Below, in pieces: positions 31,996 to 39,610 of a stretch of 64,000 bases of DNA (its first letter is position 1; each line of letters begins with the position of its first letter). Under the pieces are notes generated by a model. The model did no database searches, was not told the origin of the DNA, and worked only from the letters and a program-made list of their open reading frames with translations. The position numbers were made by a program, and so were the translations under genes. Source of the stretch: Bacillota bacterium (GTDB lineage: Bacteria > Bacillota > Clostridia > Oscillospirales > Oscillospiraceae); assembly GCA_029225225.1 (NCBI GenBank), contig JAQXWB010000065.1, forward strand, positions 253 through 64,252. The letters run 5' to 3'.

Positions 31996-34140
31996 ATGCC
32001 AAAAATTCAACAGCTTTCGCCCCATGTGGCGGACCTGATCGCAGCGGGTGAGGTCGTGGACCGTCCCGCAGGCGCGGCAAAGGAGCTGGTCGAAAACGCC
32101 ATTGACGCAGGGGCGAAAAATATTACCGTGGAAATACAAAACGGCGGCATGACCTTCCTGCGGGTGACCGACGACGGCTGCGGTATGAGCGCCGAGGACG
32201 CGCCGACCGCCTTTTTGCGCCACGCGACGAGCAAGCTCCGCGAGGCGAGCGATTTGGAAGCCATTCATACCCTCGGCTTTCGCGGTGAGGCGCTGGCGGC
32301 GATCTCCGCCGTCTCCAGAGTCGATCTGATGACGAAAACCGCCGATGCGGAATTCGGCACGGGGCTGCATTTGGATGCCGGCATCGTGACGGAACAGGGC
32401 GATGTCGGCTGCCCGAACGGGACGACGATCATCGTCCGCGACCTGTTTTATAACACACCCGCGCGCATGAAGTTTATGAAGCGCGACACCGTGGAAGCCT
32501 CGGCGCTTTTGAGCATGGTGCAGCGGCTTGCCCTCGCGCATCCGGAGGTTGCCTTCCGCGTCCTTAGAGACGGGGAAGAGCAGCTTCATACGGCAGGGGA
32601 CGGGCGGCTTTACAGCGCGGTCTATGCCGTGATGGGCAGAACGACCGCACAGGAGATGACCGAGGTGGACAGCCGCTATGAGAAATATGCGCTCACGGGC
32701 TATGTTTCCAAGCCAAACGCCTCCCGCGGCAACCGCAGCAATCAGATATTCTTTGTCAACGGCCGCCATGTGCGCTCAAAGTCCATGACCGCCGCCCTTG
32801 AGGAGGCGTACCGCAACGCGCTGATGGTCGGGCGCTATCCGTCCTGCGTGCTGCATTTGACGATGCCGGAGCATTTGGTCGATGTCAATGTCCATCCCGC
32901 CAAGACCGAGGTGCGGTTTCTGAACGAGCGGGATGTGTTTGACTGCATCCGCTACGGCGTGCAGGGCGCTTTGGAGCGGGCGAGCGGGCGCGTGCCGTTA
33001 CAGCTTCCGCATTCGGAGAAACCGAGGACGCAGACGACTGCCGTACCGAAACAGAATTTTTTCCGCCGGATGAGCGCCGAGGATTACCGCGCCGTCGCCG
33101 CCGTGATGCAGGACAGCGCGAGGGCTGACAAGCTTGCTTATGACACTGTAGGGGCGGATATTATCCGCCCGCGAAGAGTGGAAGGCACCGCTGAAACGGA
33201 GAAGATTGCCACGGCCGCTGCGCAGTCTCGCAATGACAACGTAGGACAGGGACATGTCCCCGCCGGTGCAGAAACTACCGACTGCGTGCAAACCTGTTCA
33301 CCCGTACCGTCTGCCGCTTCGCGGACGGCGGGGACATGTCCCCAGACTACAGTGGGCGATGACACAGTAGGGGCGGATATTATCCGCCCGCGAGATACGG
33401 AGGAAGGCACCGGAACGGACAAGATTGCCACGGCGCAAGCGCCTCGCAATGACGGCGTAGGTTCGAAAGCGCCTGCTGCGGAAGATGATGATGCCTGCAC
33501 CGGCGCGTCAGGGATGCCGCAGGCTACGGCTTCTCAGGAGACGGAAATTCAGCAGGAGCTGCCGTTACAGACGCAGTCTTACCGTGTGGTAGGCGAGGTC
33601 TTGGATACCTATATTATTGTCGAGCAGGACAGACAGGTCTTGCTCATCGACAAGCACGCGGCGCATGAGCGGATCCTTTTTGAAAAGCTCCGCAGAAGCA
33701 GCGAACCCATCATGTCGCAGCTTCTGCTGGAACCGATTTTATGTCAGCCGGAGCGCGAGGAGGCGGCGATTCTGATCGAAAACGCTGCGCTTCTGAATGA
33801 ATGCGGCTTTGAGGTCAGCGACTACGGCGACGGGACGCTTGCCGTGCGCCGCGTTCCCGCAGAGCTGGATCCTGCCGACGCGGAGAGCGCGCTCAATCAG
33901 CTCTCAAGCGATCTCCTGAGCGGCAAGCGCACCGATCCTGCCGCGCTGCGCGACACGATGCTGCACACGGTGGCGTGCAAAGCCGCGATCAAGGGCGGCA
34001 GGCACACCGACGCCCGTGAGCGGGAGTCCTTGGTCAAGCAGGTGCTCTCCGACCCGTCGCTCAAATACTGCCCGCACGGCAGACCGATTGTTGCCGTGCT
34101 GACCGCTTCACAGTTGGAGCGGAGCTTTAAGAGGGCATGA
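31996..34140 (+). CDS. mutL: DNA mismatch repair protein MutL (linker carries repeat-derived sequence)
   Basis: GHKL N-domain (IAAGEVVDRPAGAAKELVENAIDAGA) and C-terminal dimerisation domain (LIDKHAAHERILFE). 714 aa. Residues about 384-488 are encoded by repeat locus R10. Confidence 0.9.
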   Translation: MPKIQQLSPHVADLIAAGEVVDRPAGAAKELVENAIDAGAKNITVEIQNGGMTFLRVTDDGCGMSAEDAPTAFLRHATSKLREASDLEAIHTLGFRGEALAAISAVSRVDLMTKTADAEFGTGLHLDAGIVTEQGDVGCPNGTTIIVRDLFYNTPARMKFMKRDTVEASALLSMVQRLALAHPEVAFRVLRDGEEQLHTAGDGRLYSAVYAVMGRTTAQEMTEVDSRYEKYALTGYVSKPNASRGNRSNQIFFVNGRHVRSKSMTAALEEAYRNALMVGRYPSCVLHLTMPEHLVDVNVHPAKTEVRFLNERDVFDCIRYGVQGALERASGRVPLQLPHSEKPRTQTTAVPKQNFFRRMSAEDYRAVAAVMQDSARADKLAYDTVGADIIRPRRVEGTAETEKIATAAAQSRNDNVGQGHVPAGAETTDCVQTCSPVPSAASRTAGTCPQTTVGDDTVGADIIRPRDTEEGTGTDKIATAQAPRNDGVGSKAPAAEDDDACTGASGMPQATASQETEIQQELPLQTQSYRVVGEVLDTYIIVEQDRQVLLIDKHAAHERILFEKLRRSSEPIMSQLLLEPILCQPEREEAAILIENAALLNECGFEVSDYGDGTLAVRRVPAELDPADAESALNQLSSDLLSGKRTDPAALRDTMLHTVACKAAIKGGRHTDARERESLVKQVLSDPSLKYCPHGRPIVAVLTASQLERSFKRA
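33146..33459. repeat. Repeat locus R10, inside the mutL coding sequence
   Basis: CTGTAGGGGCGGATATTATCCGCCC occurs twice (33146, 33365). AGATTGCCACGGCCGCTGCGCAGTCTCGCAATGAC. GTAGGACAGGGACATGTCCCCGCC-Krev-...GGCGGGGACATGTCCCCAGACTACAG. AGATTGCCACGGCGCAAGCGCCTCGCAATGAC, which is identical to units at 54791 and 54915. Confidence 0.85.
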
Positions 34141-35069
34141 GGATGGAGCTGTTTTGTATTGTCGGCCCGACCGCTACGGGAAAGACCCGCCTCTCGGTTG
34201 CCTTGGCGCAGAAGCTCGGCGCGGAGATTGTCTCCTGCGACTCCATGCAGCTCTACCGCGGCATGGACATCGGCACGGCGAAGCCGACGGCGGCGGAGAT
34301 GGGCGGCGTAAAGCACCATATGCTGGATTGCGTTGACCCGCAGGAGGAGTTTTCCGTCAGTCGCTATGTCGAGCTGACGGAAGCGTGCGTGCAGGAGATT
34401 TTATCGCGGGGCAAGCCCGTGATCGTCGTCGGCGGCACGGGGCTGTATGTGGATTCGCTCGTCGCGGGACGGGAGTTTGCGCCCTTTCCGCAGACGGGCA
34501 GACGGGAGGCGCTGACCCTTCGGGCGCAGAGAGAGGGCATCGAGCCGCTGATGGAGGAACTCCGTGCGGTCGATCCCGAGGCGGCGGCAAACATTCACCC
34601 CTCGAATCAAAAACGCGTCATCCGCGCGTTGGAGGTCTATTTGGAGACGGGCAAGACCATCACCGAGCACAACCGCGAGACGCAAAGCCGACCGCCGAAA
34701 TACTGCCCGCTTTGGATTGGACTGGATTATGTCAACCGATCTGCTCTCTATGCGCGCATTGACGCCCGTGTGGACGAGATGTTTGCACAGGGCTTGGTCG
34801 AGGAGGTGCGGCGGCTGCTGGAAAGCGGCGTTCCGCCGACTGCGACGAGTATGCAGGCAATTGGCTACAAGGAGCTGACAGCATTCCTGCGAGGAGAGGA
34901 CAGTGTGGACGCGGCGCGGGAAAAGATCAAGCTCGCCTCCCGCCGCTATGCCAAACGGCAAAGGACATGGTTCCGCCGTAATGCGGATATCCATTGGATT
35001 GAGCTGCCCGACGCGCCCGATTTCGACGCGGTTTTGCGGCAGGCGGAGGAAATCTGCGCAGGTCAATAA
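34137..35069 (+). CDS. miaA: tRNA dimethylallyltransferase
   Basis: P-loop GPTATGKT, DSMQLYRGMDIGTAKP. ATGA-type overlap with mutL. Confidence 0.9.
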   Translation: MRMELFCIVGPTATGKTRLSVALAQKLGAEIVSCDSMQLYRGMDIGTAKPTAAEMGGVKHHMLDCVDPQEEFSVSRYVELTEACVQEILSRGKPVIVVGGTGLYVDSLVAGREFAPFPQTGRREALTLRAQREGIEPLMEELRAVDPEAAANIHPSNQKRVIRALEVYLETGKTITEHNRETQSRPPKYCPLWIGLDYVNRSALYARIDARVDEMFAQGLVEEVRRLLESGVPPTATSMQAIGYKELTAFLRGEDSVDAAREKIKLASRRYAKRQRTWFRRNADIHWIELPDAPDFDAVLRQAEEICAGQ

Positions 35070-35070
35070 A

Positions 35071-35364
35071 CTGTAGACAGGGGCATGTCCCCGCCTACAG
35101 AATCGTGCGAAGCACACCGCAGTCATTCACCCTTCGCCCTTCGCCTAATAGATTGCCACGTCGCTGCGCTCCTAGCAATGACACAATAGGGTGACCCATT
35201 TGTCATTGCGAGACCGGTGCGCACACTACCCGCAAGGGGTACGCCACATCCGTAACGCTCGTTCCTCGCGAACGGCTGCGCAGTGGTCGTGGTAATCTCC
35301 GGTTGCAGCTCGGTACGCACTTGGTAGTTCCTACACCGGCTTAGGACGTGTCCCCGGCCTACAG
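35071..35364. repeat. Repeat locus R11 (C palindrome, H fragment, A1rev, A2+D, K, Crev)
   Basis: CTGTAGACAGGGGCATGTCCCCGCCTACAG ... AGATTGCCACGTCGCTGCGCTCCTAGCAATGACA ... TGTCATTGCGAGACCGGTGCGCACACTACCCGCAAGGGG... ...TTGGTAGTTCCTACACCGGCTTAGGACGTGTCCCCGGCCTACAG. Confidence 0.85.
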
Positions 35365-35469
35365 GGGCAAAAATTATTTCATGGTTTCCGACTGGAGATT
35401 CGGGAATTCGACAAGGACAAGCCATTACAATAGGAGTATCCCAAAAATAAGAAAAGAGGTACTCAAAAA

Positions 35470-35691
35470 ATGGCAAACACAGAAAATTTGCAGGATCTGA
35501 TCTTAAACGAGGTACGCAAGGAGCATATTCCGGTGACGATGTTCCTGATGAACGGCTTTCAGATGAAAGGCATCATCACGGGCTTTGACAGCTTTATCGT
35601 CGTCTTGAGCTCTGAGGGCAAACAGCAGATGATCTACAAGCACGCGATCTCCACACTTGTGCCGCTGCAGCCCGTGCGTGTCCCGCTGTAA
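35470..35691 (+). CDS. hfq: RNA chaperone Hfq
   Basis: Sm1/Sm2 motifs: [25 protein letters not shown] ... [10 protein letters not shown]. Confidence 0.9.
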   Translation: MANTENLQDLILNEVRKEHIPVTMFLMNGFQMKGIITGFDSFIVVLSSEGKQQMIYKHAISTLVPLQPVRVPL

Positions 35692-35692
35692 G

Positions 35693-35858
35693 CTTGGGAA
35701 TCTCTGAATCAATCGACTGCGGGGTTCAGCGGATCTTTTGCCGCAACTTTTCGGCTTGAAAACCTTGAAATACACAAAGTATTCCTGCGGTTTTCAAACC
35801 TCAGTTTGCAGCAAAATCCCTCGCTGACCGCTCTTGTAGATTCCTTCAGAGCTTCCTT
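35693..35858 (+). repeat. F2 element copy b, starting 2 nt after the hfq stop
   Basis: Aligns end to end with 20383-20550 and has the same terminal inverted repeats. Confidence 0.8.
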
Positions 35859-35909
35859 AGGTCGTCCTGCGTGCCGACTCCCGTGGGGAAGACGTAATAG
35901 GAGGACCCA

Positions 35910-37124
35910 ATGAGAAAGCAGGGCGAATTTTACTTAAAGCTCATTTCCATACTGCTGGCGGTCGTAATCGCGGCGTATGTGCTGTTTTCGGTGATACTGA
36001 ACTCCGGCAGCAGCTATGCGCTTGAGACGGCTGTCTACTGCGAAGTCGGCGACGGGGTGACCGTTTCCGGCTTTGTGGTGCGTTCTGAGGAGGTGCTGGT
36101 GAGCAATGCGCCGATTGTCGTATGCGAGCTGACCGAGGGCGAACGCGTCGGCGGCGGACAGCGCGTGGCGACCGGCTATCAGTCCGGCAGCGCACGGGAA
36201 AACCGAGAGGAGCTGAATTCGCTGAAAAAACAGCGCGATCAGCTTGCCTATGCCGCAGAAGGGTCGGACAGCAGCAATGCCGCCGCGCTCGACGGCGAGA
36301 TCTCCGGCATGATCGTCAACCTTGCAGTGCAGACCTCGCAGCAGCGCTTCAGCGCAGCGCGGGCTACCGCCTCGGAGCTGGAGCCGTTGGTTTTGCGCCG
36401 CAGCGTCTCCGGCGACGACAGCGCGCTGATCCGTCAGCGTATTTCGGACATTGATCAGCGCATTTCCGTGCTGTCGGCGCAGACCTCGACCGGTGCGACC
36501 GCCATTACGGTTGCGGAATCGGGCTATTTCTCGGAGCAGACGGACGGGCTGGAGCGCATTTTAACCCCGGAGCGCGTGGAGACGATGAGCCTCTCGGAGC
36601 TGCGCGCCTTGGAGGAGGGAGAATACAGCGCGCCCGATCACGCCATCGGCAGGCTGATTCAAGGGCAGAAATGGTACTTTATCGCGGAGATTCCGCAAGC
36701 ACGCGCCGAGCAGTGCGAGGAGGGCGACCGTCTGACCGTCAATTTTGCCGACGGCGCGCTGCAGGGACTGCGAATGCGCGTGGAGCGGATCGGTGCGGCG
36801 GAGGACGGAAGCTGTGTGATTGTCCTCTCGTGCGAAAAAATGCTGCAAAATGTCACGGCGCTGCGGCGGCAGACGGTGGACATCGTGTTTGACACCTATG
36901 AGGGTCTGCGGGTGCCGAAGGCGGCGATCTATTATGTGAACGGCGAGACGGGCGTTTATATTTTGGAGAGTGCCCGTGCCGACTGGAAGAAAGTCGAGAT
37001 CCTTTTTGAGTACGGCAATGACTATCTCGTCCGCTGGGACGACAGCGATACGGACAACCTCTGGCCGAAGGATGAGATCATTTTGACGGCGGAGGACATT
37101 TCGGATGGGAAGGTGATGGAATGA
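35910..37124 (+). CDS. membrane-anchored HlyD/membrane-fusion-like protein
   Basis: Single N-terminal TM, a central coiled-coil-like region and beta-rich ends. Its stop overlaps the yggS-like start. Confidence 0.45.
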   Translation: MRKQGEFYLKLISILLAVVIAAYVLFSVILNSGSSYALETAVYCEVGDGVTVSGFVVRSEEVLVSNAPIVVCELTEGERVGGGQRVATGYQSGSARENREELNSLKKQRDQLAYAAEGSDSSNAAALDGEISGMIVNLAVQTSQQRFSAARATASELEPLVLRRSVSGDDSALIRQRISDIDQRISVLSAQTSTGATAITVAESGYFSEQTDGLERILTPERVETMSLSELRALEEGEYSAPDHAIGRLIQGQKWYFIAEIPQARAEQCEEGDRLTVNFADGALQGLRMRVERIGAAEDGSCVIVLSCEKMLQNVTALRRQTVDIVFDTYEGLRVPKAAIYYVNGETGVYILESARADWKKVEILFEYGNDYLVRWDDSDTDNLWPKDEIILTAEDISDGKVME

Positions 37125-37822
37125 TAGCGGAAAACATCGCGGCGATCCGCGCAAGAATGGAGGATGCCGCACGCCGCGCGGGAAGGGATCCGAAGGAGAT
37201 CCTTCTGTGCGCCGCGACGAAAATGAATGACGCAAGCCGGGTGCGCGAGGCGATTGCGGCGGGCGTGGACTGTTGCGGGGAAAACCGCGTGCAGGAGCTG
37301 GTGCAAAAGAGCGCCGAACACGCCTATGACGGCGCGCCCGTGCATTTCATCGGACATTTGCAGACCAATAAGGTCAAGCAGGTTGTGGGAAAGGTGACGC
37401 TGATCCAGTCCGTAGACCGGCTGCCCTTGCTCGAATGCATCGAGAAGGAGGCGGCGCGGCAGGGCATTGTGCAGGATATCCTGCTGGAGATCAATGTCGG
37501 GCAGGAGGAGAGCAAATCCGGCTTCACGGCGGAGGAGACTCCCGAGATCGCTGCTTCGATGGCGCAATATCCGCATTGCCGCCTGCGCGGTTTGATGGCA
37601 ATTCCTCCCGTCAGCGAAAAAAGCGGCGATAATTGCAGATATTTTGAAAAAATCCGCAGAATTGCTGTTGACATAACAGCCAAAAAACAGCATAATAGTC
37701 TTATGGATATTTTGTCGATGGGGATGACGGACGACTTTGAGGACGCCATTGCCTGCGGCAGTACGATGGTGCGCGTCGGCACTGCCATTTTCGGCGCAAG
37801 ATATTACCACAACAACGGATAA
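37121..37822 (+). CDS. YggS/YlmE-family PLP-binding protein
   Basis: PLP-lysine context LLCAATK, 233 aa. Conserved position upstream of sepF. Confidence 0.85.
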   Translation: MIAENIAAIRARMEDAARRAGRDPKEILLCAATKMNDASRVREAIAAGVDCCGENRVQELVQKSAEHAYDGAPVHFIGHLQTNKVKQVVGKVTLIQSVDRLPLLECIEKEAARQGIVQDILLEINVGQEESKSGFTAEETPEIAASMAQYPHCRLRGLMAIPPVSEKSGDNCRYFEKIRRIAVDITAKKQHNSLMDILSMGMTDDFEDAIACGSTMVRVGTAIFGARYYHNNG

Positions 37823-37842
37823 CATAACGGAGGAATGTACTC

Positions 37843-38316
37843 ATGGGCTTCATGGATGAAATCAGAAAGCTGACCCACCCTTATTCCGATCAGGAAGAAG
37901 AATATGACGATTACGACGAGGAAGAGGAGCTGCCCGAAGAAACGCCCGCTCCCGCCTCCCGCCGCAGCTATAGCCGTACCGCCGCACCCGAGGCGCCGCG
38001 CTCCAGCGCGACCAGCCGCGTTGTGAATATTAACGCGACCACGCAGCTTCAGGTCGTTTTGGTCAAGCCGGAACGCTTCGATCAGGTTTCCGAAATCGCG
38101 GATCATCTGCGCGATAAGAAGGCGGTCGTGCTGAATCTGGAAACGACCAACAAGGATGTCTCCCGTCGTTTGGTGGACTTTCTCTCCGGCTGCGCCTATG
38201 CGCTCGACGGCAAGATCAAAAAGGTTGCGATTTCCACTTATCTGATCACCCCGTATAATGTCGGTGTGGTCGGCGATTTAGTGGAGGAGCTGGAATCGAG
38301 CGGTATGCGTTTTTAA
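37843..38316 (+). CDS. sepF: cell division protein SepF
   Basis: Acidic N-terminus plus the conserved C-domain (VVLNLETTNKDVSRRLVDFLSGCAYALDGKI). Confidence 0.85.
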   Translation: MGFMDEIRKLTHPYSDQEEEYDDYDEEEELPEETPAPASRRSYSRTAAPEAPRSSATSRVVNINATTQLQVVLVKPERFDQVSEIADHLRDKKAVVLNLETTNKDVSRRLVDFLSGCAYALDGKIKKVAISTYLITPYNVGVVGDLVEELESSGMRF

Positions 38317-38368
38317 AGGCTGCCCGCGATAAAGAAATAACAACGGCAAAGAGAAGGAGTAGAGAACG

Positions 38369-39121
38369 ATGCTGACACCGCAGCAGATACAGGAAGTTAG
38401 CTTTGAAAAGGCTTTGTTCGGCGGATATGACATGGACTCGGTGGATGATTTTTTGGAACCGCTGACGGACGATTATATCACGCTGTATAAGGAAAACTCC
38501 GTTCTGAAAAGTAAAATGCGGATCCTTGTGGATAAAATTGAGGAATACCGCAAGCATGAGGCCTCCATGCAGAACGCGCTGATCGCCACGCAGAAGACCT
38601 GCGACCAGATGATTGCGGAGGCGGAGAAGAAGTGCGCGAAAATGCTCCACGACGCTGAGGAGAATGCTTCTGCGAAAGCGGAGAATGTTGACGCCTTGGT
38701 CGGCGAGGAAAAGGAGCGCTTAGAGGCTGCGCGGAATGCCACCGCCCAGTTCATCGACGGCATGGAAAAACGAATTCGCCGCCAGTTAGAGCTTTTGGAG
38801 GAGCTGCGCAAAAAGGAGCTCTCCGCGCCGAAGCGGGATGACAGGACAAGAGTCTTCGGGAAACGCGAGCCGGCAGCGGAGACGCCGAAGCAGGCCTATG
38901 ACTACGACAAAGAGCCTTCCGCGCCGACCACGCAGGAGAAAGCGGACGCCTTGATTGAGGAGATCGGGATGCGCATTGAGGAGAGCCTCGGCGGGCCAAC
39001 CCTCGGCGACATAGCAACGGAAAAACCCGAGCATTCGACCCACGGCGAGCTGCCTCCGGCAAAGCAGAAGCTCTTTGATGAGCTGAAGTTCGGCAGAAAC
39101 GCCGAATCGAAGAAGAAATGA
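38369..39121 (+). CDS. divIVA: DivIVA-domain protein
   Basis: MLTPQQIQEVSFEKALFGGYDMDSVDDFL N-terminal DivIVA motif followed by coiled coil. Confidence 0.85.
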   Translation: MLTPQQIQEVSFEKALFGGYDMDSVDDFLEPLTDDYITLYKENSVLKSKMRILVDKIEEYRKHEASMQNALIATQKTCDQMIAEAEKKCAKMLHDAEENASAKAENVDALVGEEKERLEAARNATAQFIDGMEKRIRRQLELLEELRKKELSAPKRDDRTRVFGKREPAAETPKQAYDYDKEPSAPTTQEKADALIEEIGMRIEESLGGPTLGDIATEKPEHSTHGELPPAKQKLFDELKFGRNAESKKK

Positions 39122-39169
39122 CGGTAGCCGCAGCCGCGGGGCTGTGCTGACGTCCAAAACCGAATAGCA

Positions 39170-39410
39170 TGATGCGTCGATGGGGACGAGTAGCCCGTTT
39201 GCCGCGTACAGAGAGCTGTCGTTTGGTGCGAGACAGCCGCGGTGCCGTGTGAATATCACCCCGTAGCACCCTGCCCGAATGCAGTAGGGCGGGACGGCTT
39301 GCGCCCGTTACCGCGCACGAAAGTGTCCTTTCCGCAGGCGGAGAGGGAACAAGAGTGGTACCGCAGAGCACGTCTCTGTCTCTTGATGAGACAGAGACGT
39401 TTCTTATTTT
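39170..39410 (+). promoter_or_regulatory. T-box riboswitch leader (Ile specifier) for ileS
   Basis: Stem I elements (GAGTAG, AGAGA, UGGUGCGAG distal loop). Specifier-loop GAATATCAcc carries the AUC Ile codon plus A at 39255-39258. T-box sequence AGAGTGGTACCGCAG lies at 39351-39365. Terminator CGTCTCTGTCTC-ttgat-GAGACAGAGACG plus TTCTTATTTT spans 39371-39410. Confidence 0.75.
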
Positions 39411-39433
39411 GCAGCAGTGCGCCGAACGGTGCC

Positions 39434-39551
39434 GTAGGGGCGGCTATCAGCCGCCCGCAATTCAAATCCGTGCGAAGCACACCACAGTCATTCACTTTTA
39501 GTTCTTAGCCCAAATCGGTTCCTACACCGGGCGGCTGATAGCTGCCCCTAC
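39434..39551. repeat. Repeat locus R12 (B ... Brev) between the T-box terminator and the ileS start
   Basis: GTAGGGGCGGCTATCAGCCGCCC ... GTGCGAAGCACACCACAGTCATTCAC ... GGGCGGCTGATAGCTGCCCCTAC. Confidence 0.85.
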
Positions 39552-39610
39552 GCCGTTTGAATGTGTTGGGCGTATCATATGCAAGAAAATCAATTCTCAT
39601 GGAGGATTTT

